NCBI GenBank assembly: GCA_947039275.1
Contig: CAMQYL010000001.1
Span: 36,889 to 100,888 of the forward strand
Length of the DNA stretch: 64,000 bases
Direction of reading: 5' to 3'
Source of the DNA: an uncultured Bacteroidales bacterium
Lineage (GTDB): Bacteria; Bacteroidota; Bacteroidia; Bacteroidales; Muribaculaceae
This document shows positions 39,353 to 46,594 of this stretch, one piece after another (position 1 is the first letter of the stretch; each line of letters opens with the position of its first letter). The notes under the pieces are model-generated. The model did not search any database, was not told where the DNA came from, and saw only the letters and a list, made by a program, of their open reading frames with translations. The position numbers and the translations under genes were made by a program.

Positions 39353-39532
39353 TGATACCTATAAAAACGACTTGGCAAACGGCTTCACTAACCCACTATA
39401 TATCAGTCGGTTAAAATATCGCCAACTTGGCAAGAAAATTTTCTTTACAACACGCTGATTACCAGCAATTTAAAAATCAAGGTTGCCAACTTTTTTCGCC
39501 CCGAAAATTTGGCTGTCCCATTCCAAGCACCG

Positions 39533-39540
39533 TAACTTTG
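39533..39540 (+). promoter_or_regulatory. candidate -7 box (TAACTTTG) for cassette A structural genes
   Basis: TAnnTTTG match 25 nt upstream of the 39565 ATG. Confidence 0.4.
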
Positions 39541-39564
39541 CCGCAAAATCATCTCACCCACGTT

Positions 39565-39933
39565 ATGAAAACATTCGTCACATCAATCATCTTAGCACTG
39601 TCGCTGATATCAATCTCAATAATATGCCACGGAGGTGAATCAGATACAAAGACAGGAGCAGCAGGTAGAGTAAATAAACCCGAATCCAATCGACCGACAG
39701 CCCCCTCTCATGCGTATATATATTTCACATACACGAGAGGACACATAGATTTCACACTCAGCACCACCATGGAGTACATCGATATCATCATTAGCAAAGA
39801 TGACATCCCCATATGGTCAGGCACGGTCACACAAGACGAGCCATCCGCCGACCTACCCATCCTCTATGGTGAACACACCATCGCATGTATCACCGAAAAC
39901 GGGCACGTCTATCTCGGCTATCTGGATTTCTAA
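39565..39933 (+). CDS. small secreted protein, DUF3244-like (paralog A)
   Basis: 122 aa from the internal ATG, with signal peptide MKTFVTSIILALSLISISIIC. The C-terminal block DDIPIWSGTVTQDEPSADLPILYGEHTIACITENGHVYLGYLDF is nearly identical to the 51440-51820 product. Confidence 0.7.
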   Translation: MKTFVTSIILALSLISISIICHGGESDTKTGAAGRVNKPESNRPTAPSHAYIYFTYTRGHIDFTLSTTMEYIDIIISKDDIPIWSGTVTQDEPSADLPILYGEHTIACITENGHVYLGYLDF

Positions 39934-40005
39934 AGGATACACAACAACGATAAAATGAGATTCAATCTCATCTATTCTTTATTTTCTAACTAATTTTTCT
40001 ATCTT

Positions 40006-40215
40006 ATGAAGACATTAAAAGACGTAATGCCTGAATGTAATCTCACGTCAGAGGAGATTTCCGCCATTGCTGGTGGACGGCGACAGGATGTGAACACACT
40101 TCGTCAGGATCCATTTCAACAAGCAGACGGATGCTATACGGGCATTTGCTCACAGAAGCTCAACCCTAAATTTTGTGAAGGTGGTGCAATATGCACCTCT
40201 GGCATAGCTGGATAA
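40006..40215 (+). CDS. RiPP-type precursor peptide with double-glycine leader (cassette A)
   Basis: 69 aa. The leader ...LTSEEISAIAGG fits the L(-12)..E(-8)(L/I)(-7)..I(-4).G(-2)G(-1) consensus. The 45-aa core RRQDV...DGCYTGICSQKLNPKFCEGGAICTSGIAG has 4 Cys. The stop is 5 nt before the rSAM start. Confidence 0.75.
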   Translation: MKTLKDVMPECNLTSEEISAIAGGRRQDVNTLRQDPFQQADGCYTGICSQKLNPKFCEGGAICTSGIAG

Positions 40216-40220
40216 GCAAC

Positions 40221-41711
40221 ATGAGCACCTGCAACGAACCAAAAATCGTGTTTAATCATGCTTATTATATTAAGCATGATGAAAAGAGATGCTTAGTTAT
40301 TTCGCAACCCTCACGAGAATGGAGTAATTGCATGGAAGGATGGATTTCAAAAATCCATCCTATCTATGCAATGATTCTGTCTCTTCTATCAGAACCAGTG
40401 TCAAAACAGGAAGCAATAGCACAAGCAGCTGCTTTCTTAGATGTCAATGATTCTGTGGCTACAGAACTAATAGAAAAACTGATGGAGTCAAAAGAACCAT
40501 TTGAAATGGATTTCGACAACTCAGTGAGCTGGTTTCCGCCCTCTATAATTCTTGAAGTCCCGTCAGATTCAATCCCATCAATACCAATAGTATACGAGCC
40601 ACAACAGTTTTGTTACGACAGCATTGATTTGACGGCACAGAGACTTATCCAAAGTCCTATAGGCATAGTATGGATGATCAACAATATATGTTTGACCGAG
40701 TGTGAATATTGCTATGCTGACAAATCTACCAAATCATCTTCATTAAATCTGTCCGAAGTGACAGAGATGTTAGATGACATATCACATAACAATATCAAGA
40801 GCTTTCAGATAGTCGGGGGAGAATTTTTCAGATATCAAAACTGGAAAGAGTTGTTGAAACTGCTCAAATCATACAATCTGCTTCCTGAACTCGTCTCTAC
40901 TAAAATGCCTTTATCAGCCGATGACATTGCAATAATAGGCGAATATGGTATACAGATACAGGTCTCGCTTGATTCTTTCAATCCTGACACTATCGCTTCT
41001 ATGTGGAGGGTAAAATCTGATTATCTATATCGAATCATAGATACAATACGTTTATTGGATAAGTACAACGTAAGATATCAGATTGCTACAGTCCTTACCA
41101 AATCCAATTCTTCAAATGAGGAACTGACATCCTTGAGCAAATTTTTAGCCACATTAGAAAACCTCAAAAGATGGGAGATACGTGTAGCATTTCGTTCTTT
41201 ATACAGCAGAAAATCGTTTGATACAATCAAACTATCTCCAAATGAAATCACGGAGGTAGACAAAATCGTCAAATCCATTATGGATACTTTCCCTAAAAAT
41301 ATACTTTGGGTTAAGGATTCGGGTCGTGAGTATTTCACGGCAAAGGAAGGTAGTCGTAGCTTCAATGGATCACGATGCTCTGCTAATTATTCCCATATGG
41401 TAGTTCTTCCTGACGGCAAGGTTACAATCTGTGAGCAGTTATATTGGGCTAAACGATTCATAATCGGGGACATAAAGCTGCAATCCATTAGAGATATTTG
41501 GAACAGTCCCGAAGCTCTACATCTCGCTAAATATCCACAATCATGTGTTCAGGCCAAAAGTCCTTGCCATGATTGCAAGTTGTATGATGATTGCCAGTTG
41601 TTTCCCAACAAATGCTATGCCGACACGATAAAGGCATACGGATGGGACAACTGGGATTATCCAGACCCGAGATGCGAGAAAGGTCTGCCATTTCTTCATT
41701 CTTTATCATAA
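40221..41711 (+). CDS. radical SAM/SPASM peptide maturase with about 155-aa N-terminal extension (possible RRE)
   Basis: 496 aa. The CxxxCxxC motif is CLTECEYC (nt 40689-40712). The C-terminal Cys-rich SPASM-like region is ..GSRCSANYSHMVVLPDGKVTICEQ...CVQAKSPCHDCKLYDDCQLFPNKC... The N-terminal segment IHPIYAMILSLLSEPVSKQEAIAQAAAFLDVNDSVATELIEKLMES resembles PqqD-like recognition elements. Confidence 0.85.
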   Translation: MSTCNEPKIVFNHAYYIKHDEKRCLVISQPSREWSNCMEGWISKIHPIYAMILSLLSEPVSKQEAIAQAAAFLDVNDSVATELIEKLMESKEPFEMDFDNSVSWFPPSIILEVPSDSIPSIPIVYEPQQFCYDSIDLTAQRLIQSPIGIVWMINNICLTECEYCYADKSTKSSSLNLSEVTEMLDDISHNNIKSFQIVGGEFFRYQNWKELLKLLKSYNLLPELVSTKMPLSADDIAIIGEYGIQIQVSLDSFNPDTIASMWRVKSDYLYRIIDTIRLLDKYNVRYQIATVLTKSNSSNEELTSLSKFLATLENLKRWEIRVAFRSLYSRKSFDTIKLSPNEITEVDKIVKSIMDTFPKNILWVKDSGREYFTAKEGSRSFNGSRCSANYSHMVVLPDGKVTICEQLYWAKRFIIGDIKLQSIRDIWNSPEALHLAKYPQSCVQAKSPCHDCKLYDDCQLFPNKCYADTIKAYGWDNWDYPDPRCEKGLPFLHSLS

Positions 41712-41728
41712 TCTTAACAGTCTATATA

Positions 41729-43810
41729 ATGAAAACCAGAATTATCATATTGACGAGTATCCTATCTTTCATCATCAACATTGACGCTTTCGCGCAAGGG
41801 GAGCAGAGTGACACTCTGCGGCTGGGGGAGGTGACTGTCAGGGCAGCGCAGCAGTATGTGACGGCGGATGCTGTGGTTTATGTGCCGACTAAGGCTGACA
41901 AGAGGGATGCGCAGAGTGCGGTGGATCTGCTGCGGATGTCGGCTATACCGCAGATTAAGGTCAATCCAGTGGATGACAAAGTGACTGACAACTTCGGCGA
42001 GGATGTCAGCATATTTCTCAATTATCTCCCGGCTGGTAAGGAAGACATTTCCGGGCTTAAAACATCGGATGTGAAGAAAATCGAATATCTCACCTCCCCA
42101 ACCGATCCGCGGTTCAGAGGCGCAAAATCGGTCATAAATATCATCGTCACCGAATACGCATATGGCGGTTACACCAAACTTTCATCCACGCTACGCACTA
42201 TCAGCGACATCTCCGGAGGCGTGGATGTCTACAGCAAATTCGCATACAAACGGATGACTTTTGACCTGTATGCCGCGCTTAAAGAGTCATCGACACACCA
42301 CTCAGGCACATCCAACGATGACCGATACACCGTTGCCGACGGTATCGTCACAAGAAAGGAGACTCCCCAATCGTCTTACCTGCGTGACAGCCGTTATCCC
42401 ATCACCTTCCGCGCCACCTACAATGCACCCACCATGCAGCTGAGCAACGCTGTGGCATTTTCACATACAGCCACACGAGCCAATGACGAAAGCGGACTGA
42501 TAGATTATAATGGAGGAGCATACGGCACAACCACAGAAGCATACCGAAGATATGAGCCTGACATGTCAAACTCGGCGATGTTCTTAGGGTCTTATTATTT
42601 CGAGCTACCCAAAGGCTGGGCATTAAGCATCGTCCCTCAGCTCTCCTATTCACACTACACCGACAATCTCGGCTATTACGTCACTGACTCATCGCCGATT
42701 ATCAGAGACATAGCCGAAGATGCCACCAGCGGAGCCATTGACGGATATTTAGAAAAGACTTTCGGACAATCACATTCGCTCATACTCGGAGTCTCTTATG
42801 AAAATGAGCATAACACCCTCCATTATATCAGAGAAAACAGCAAAGAAACAATCACCTATGATGCCGTAGACGGCTATGCCGGTTACACGTTCAGCAAAAA
42901 CGGATTGACAGCATCTATCGAAGGAGGCATGAAATGGGACAAATCCAAAGCCGGAGACAGCAGCGACCATAGTATTTCGCCGTTTGTCGACTGTGATTTA
43001 CGCTACAGCCCCGATACAAGAAACATGTTCTCCGCAAGCATACGGTATAAGACGACACCTCCTGCGTCCTTTCAGAAAACATCAGCGATATTGCTGGAAA
43101 ACGAGTTTCTATACGTCACAGGCAATGCGTCGCTGAAAAACGACCGACAACTCACAGCCAATCTTGGATACTCATACATCCCGTCAAACCTCATCACATT
43201 AAGCGGATATGCAAGCTATCGCGGAATCTATGACCGAATAACCGAATCATATGCGCCTTACGCAGAGGGGACAAGGCTCCTGCGCACATATGCCAACGAC
43301 GGACGTTACGACCGCATCATGGCAGGTGTATCGCTTTTTTGGAAACCGTTGGACGGAAAGCTCGTAGTCAGTTCTTCGCCAGGATTTGCCCACTATCAGA
43401 TCAGCGGACCTGTGGCAAGATGTTACAACGCATTCCAATTCAACGCCTCCGTCAGAGGAAGCCTGTCGAATTTCTATGCCTCCGCGTCTTTCAAACTCCA
43501 AAGCCGTGAATTAGCCAGTTCAAACAATGCCATATGGAAAGACCGTGACTACTATTCCATCGAAGCCGGCTGGGCAAATGACAATCTAAACGTCCGCCTC
43601 AACGCAGCCAACCTGTTCAATCGCGGATGGGTAAGCATAACCCAGGATATGGAGAGCGAGCTATGCTCCTATTACCGCACATACTACGGCAGCACATACC
43701 ATACCACTCTGTCACTGAGCGTCACCTACACCATCGGTTACGGCAAAAAAATCACCCGCCGCAACGAGATAGGTGAACTCAACCAATCCAGCTCAGCCAT
43801 AATGAAATAA
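41729..43810 (+). CDS. TonB-dependent-receptor-like outer membrane beta-barrel protein (OMP_b-brl_3-like)
   Basis: 693 aa from the internal ATG, with signal peptide MKTRIIILTSILSFIINIDAFAQ and plug-like ..LRLGEVTVRAA...KKIEYLTSP... It is the most divergent member of the family. Confidence 0.7.
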   Translation: MKTRIIILTSILSFIINIDAFAQGEQSDTLRLGEVTVRAAQQYVTADAVVYVPTKADKRDAQSAVDLLRMSAIPQIKVNPVDDKVTDNFGEDVSIFLNYLPAGKEDISGLKTSDVKKIEYLTSPTDPRFRGAKSVINIIVTEYAYGGYTKLSSTLRTISDISGGVDVYSKFAYKRMTFDLYAALKESSTHHSGTSNDDRYTVADGIVTRKETPQSSYLRDSRYPITFRATYNAPTMQLSNAVAFSHTATRANDESGLIDYNGGAYGTTTEAYRRYEPDMSNSAMFLGSYYFELPKGWALSIVPQLSYSHYTDNLGYYVTDSSPIIRDIAEDATSGAIDGYLEKTFGQSHSLILGVSYENEHNTLHYIRENSKETITYDAVDGYAGYTFSKNGLTASIEGGMKWDKSKAGDSSDHSISPFVDCDLRYSPDTRNMFSASIRYKTTPPASFQKTSAILLENEFLYVTGNASLKNDRQLTANLGYSYIPSNLITLSGYASYRGIYDRITESYAPYAEGTRLLRTYANDGRYDRIMAGVSLFWKPLDGKLVVSSSPGFAHYQISGPVARCYNAFQFNASVRGSLSNFYASASFKLQSRELASSNNAIWKDRDYYSIEAGWANDNLNVRLNAANLFNRGWVSITQDMESELCSYYRTYYGSTYHTTLSLSVTYTIGYGKKITRRNEIGELNQSSSAIMK

Positions 43811-43913
43811 AACCCATCGCCACAGCAGCAATATAGACTGTAATATGCTGGCAATCAATGCAATATCTTTAAAATTCCACATTCATAGTCATAATCGCCT
43901 GATTTACAGCCAA

Positions 43914-44096
43914 ATACAGCCTATATTCATAAAAATACTAAAATTAAATTTTCATATCCTCGCAATATCCTTATTATCAATTAGTTACAAAGCACAAAAG
44001 CCAAATAATTTTTCCGTCAAAATAAGCAACAAACGAAAAATAGGCTCTAATTTTGCAGTTTGACATTCATTATTTTTCATCACATTCAGTAATCCG
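43914..44096 (+). promoter_or_regulatory. repeated promoter/leader cassette, copy 1 (upstream of barrel gene 44097)
   Basis: Contains ATACAGCCTATATTCATAAAAATACTAAAATTAAATTTT, AAAGCCAAATAATTTTTC (43997-44014), the -7 box TAATTTTG (44048-44055) and the leader ...TTTTCATCACATTCAGTAATCCGATG. About 80 percent alignable by eye with 46413-46594. Confidence 0.55.
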
Positions 44097-46277
44097 ATGC
44101 AGTTACGTTTCTTTTTATTTGCAGTGGTGCTTACGGCGGAGGCAGTGACAGTCTGCCATGCGCAGGTTGATGTTGATTCTATCGTTGCGGTCTATGAGAG
44201 GGAGCTGGCACTTGACGAGGTCACGGTGACGGCTCAACGCAAGAGCACGAAGGTAATCCGTGGCGGTATATCCTACGACATGGCAGGGAACAAACTGGCT
44301 GACGGGATGTCGATGGCTGACGCTATCAAATTCGTGCCGCTTGTGGCTCCTACGCCTGGGGGTGGCGTGAGCGTGACAGGGAGCAAGCCGGTGAAACTGT
44401 ATCTCAACGGCAATCCGTGGAACATCGCAGCAAGCGATCCTGCCGGGGCGTTGGCGAGTCTCCCAGCCAATTCGGTGGCAAAAGTAGAGGTAATCCTCTC
44501 GGGCGACATCCGCTATCCCGAAGCGCGTGGATATGCCGTGATTGACGTATATACAAAGCAGCGGCTTCTTGACCACTACAATCTATATGCCCGGCTCGTC
44601 GGGGAGACGATGCCTCGCGGCGAGGGGAACATCGCCGCCGACTTCGCCAAAGGAAATGTCACACTCTCGGCTTCATATCTCTACGATGTCGACCGCCAGA
44701 ACAACCAACGCGCCACATGGACGAGCGCATTCCGCTCTCCCCTCTCCGCCCCGCTCTCGGCACGGCGAGAGATGGACGACGGCACCGGCACATGGCAGAG
44801 CCACCTGGGAAGCCTCATGGCGACATGGCAGGCAGACACCCTCAACACGCTCTATGCCGACGTACATGTGTTGGCAAAAATCCAGCATTTCAACACCACA
44901 TGGCACGAAACAGCAGACCTGCATATGCCAGAGGGCATCGTGACTAATGAATATTTTGACCACAACAGGGACTACAACAATTTCACAAAATTAGAGACCA
45001 ACATAATCTGGCAGAATCATCGCCCCTCCGACCGCTCTGAGCGATGGAAAGTAGGTTACCGCTACACATTTGACCCCGATACGCGCTCATATGACGTAGA
45101 AAGCACGACCGGCAATGACTTGTCAGCCCCACAGATCGCCGAAGGAAAAACCCGCGGCAAGCAGCACAACCATCTGCTGTCGGGAATCTACACCCATCCC
45201 ATCAATCACAACAACCGCATCCAAGCCGCCATATGGCAGACCCTGCGATATGGCAGAGCCAAATATCTCATACCCGATACTGGCGAATGGGACACCGACC
45301 TCCGCTACGATTACGCCATCACGGAGGCAGCCATGGCATACAGCGGCAGCTACGGCAAAGTCAATCTCTACGCCTCTGCCGGCATGGAATATGCCCATAC
45401 CAATCTCCGTTACTACGACAGCGACAAGCGGCGTTACGATTATTGGTCGTTAGTGCCATCGCTCTCAGTGGGCTATGCCATCAGCCGCAGCAGTAACATC
45501 AGCCTCAATTACGATTACAGCGTCAAGCGTCCCGACATCATGCAGCTCAACCCATTTGCCGAGTATATTAACCGTCACGGCTGCACCCAGGGCAATCCAT
45601 CGCTGCGTCAGTCGGGCATACACAATGTGCAGTTGTCGTGGTTTAAGATGTGGCAGAAATTCATGGTATCAGCAAGTGCCTCCTACAGCCACGCCACGCA
45701 TCCCATCATGCTGATGCCGACAGAGTCCCTGTCAGACATCTATGTAATGCTATCACGTTACGCCAACATTGACCGCTCCGACATGGCAGGGCTGTCAATA
45801 TTCGGTCGCTTGACCATCCGCAACGGCATGTACCTGTCACTCAACGCCTCCGGTTCGCGCCAATGGCTCCATGATGCAGCGAGTTCACTGTCGCAAAGCA
45901 GCTATGGAGTCAACGTCTACGCCTCCTACGATGCCTCTTTCAGGCATGACTGGGCAGTAGGGGCAAGTTACGGCTACTTCAAAAACCATCCCGAGCCGTT
46001 CACATCCGTCAACTCCATGTACATCAACGATTTCAAGGTCAGAAAAGGATTCCTTGACCGCAGTCTCAACATAGAGCTGGCTCTCAGCATGCCGTTTTCA
46101 CGTCACCGCAAAATATCCCGCACAGTCACCCTCCCGACCGCAGAGATGACCCAGACCAACTGGGCGACAGCCCGCTCCCTGCGTCTGACCCTCTCCTACC
46201 TCCTCGGCGGCAAAGTCTCCAAAGTGAAGCGTGACCGCTCCCTCAACACCACCGACATCACAACCGGCATCGAATAA
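44097..46277 (+). CDS. TonB-dependent-receptor-like outer membrane beta-barrel protein (OMP_b-brl_3-like)
   Basis: 726 aa with signal peptide MQLRFFLFAVVLTAEAVTVCHAQ, ..LALDEVTVTAQRK.., and the family motif ..KRPDIMQLNPFAEYINRHGCTQGNPSLRQS... Confidence 0.8.
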   Translation: MQLRFFLFAVVLTAEAVTVCHAQVDVDSIVAVYERELALDEVTVTAQRKSTKVIRGGISYDMAGNKLADGMSMADAIKFVPLVAPTPGGGVSVTGSKPVKLYLNGNPWNIAASDPAGALASLPANSVAKVEVILSGDIRYPEARGYAVIDVYTKQRLLDHYNLYARLVGETMPRGEGNIAADFAKGNVTLSASYLYDVDRQNNQRATWTSAFRSPLSAPLSARREMDDGTGTWQSHLGSLMATWQADTLNTLYADVHVLAKIQHFNTTWHETADLHMPEGIVTNEYFDHNRDYNNFTKLETNIIWQNHRPSDRSERWKVGYRYTFDPDTRSYDVESTTGNDLSAPQIAEGKTRGKQHNHLLSGIYTHPINHNNRIQAAIWQTLRYGRAKYLIPDTGEWDTDLRYDYAITEAAMAYSGSYGKVNLYASAGMEYAHTNLRYYDSDKRRYDYWSLVPSLSVGYAISRSSNISLNYDYSVKRPDIMQLNPFAEYINRHGCTQGNPSLRQSGIHNVQLSWFKMWQKFMVSASASYSHATHPIMLMPTESLSDIYVMLSRYANIDRSDMAGLSIFGRLTIRNGMYLSLNASGSRQWLHDAASSLSQSSYGVNVYASYDASFRHDWAVGASYGYFKNHPEPFTSVNSMYINDFKVRKGFLDRSLNIELALSMPFSRHRKISRTVTLPTAEMTQTNWATARSLRLTLSYLLGGKVSKVKRDRSLNTTDITTGIE

Positions 46278-46412
46278 CCCACTCCCAACAACAAAAATAT
46301 ACAAACATACCACCACATCAAACCTGAATATAGATTATAAACTGCTATAAATCACCAATATAGACCCAAAGATAATAAGAAATCGGTCTTAACAGCTTGA
46401 TTATCAGATAAA

Positions 46413-46594
46413 TACAATCTATATTTTCAAAAAGACTAAAAATAAAATTTTGCACTTTCATAACTCTCTAATTTTAAGCACATTACAAAGCGCAAAAGCC
46501 AAATGATTTTTCTCTCAATATCAGCAAGAAACGGAAAATATGCTCTAATTTTGCAGTTTGACATTAATTAATTTTCATCACATTAAATAATCCG
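46413..46594 (+). promoter_or_regulatory. repeated promoter/leader cassette, copy 2 (upstream of ABC exporter)
   Basis: TACAATCTATATTTTCAAAAAGACTAAAAATAAAATTTT, AAAGCCAAATGATTTTTC (46495-46512), -7 box TAATTTTG (46546-46553), and leader ...TTTTCATCACATTAAATAATCCGATG. Confidence 0.55.

Noticed and set aside
40191-40220. Upstream extensions of ORF-track entries 40191, 41591, 53068, 59092, 58284, 39427 and 20662
   Set aside because: The extensions overlap the preceding gene or intergenic repeats. Internal ATGs give canonical signal peptides or family N-termini, and tight or ATGA-type junctions with the upstream gene.
43845-44063. 72-aa ORF in the intergenic region before barrel gene 44097
   Set aside because: It lies inside the repeated AT-rich promoter cassette. 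The equivalent regions of the other cassette copies do not keep the frame open.
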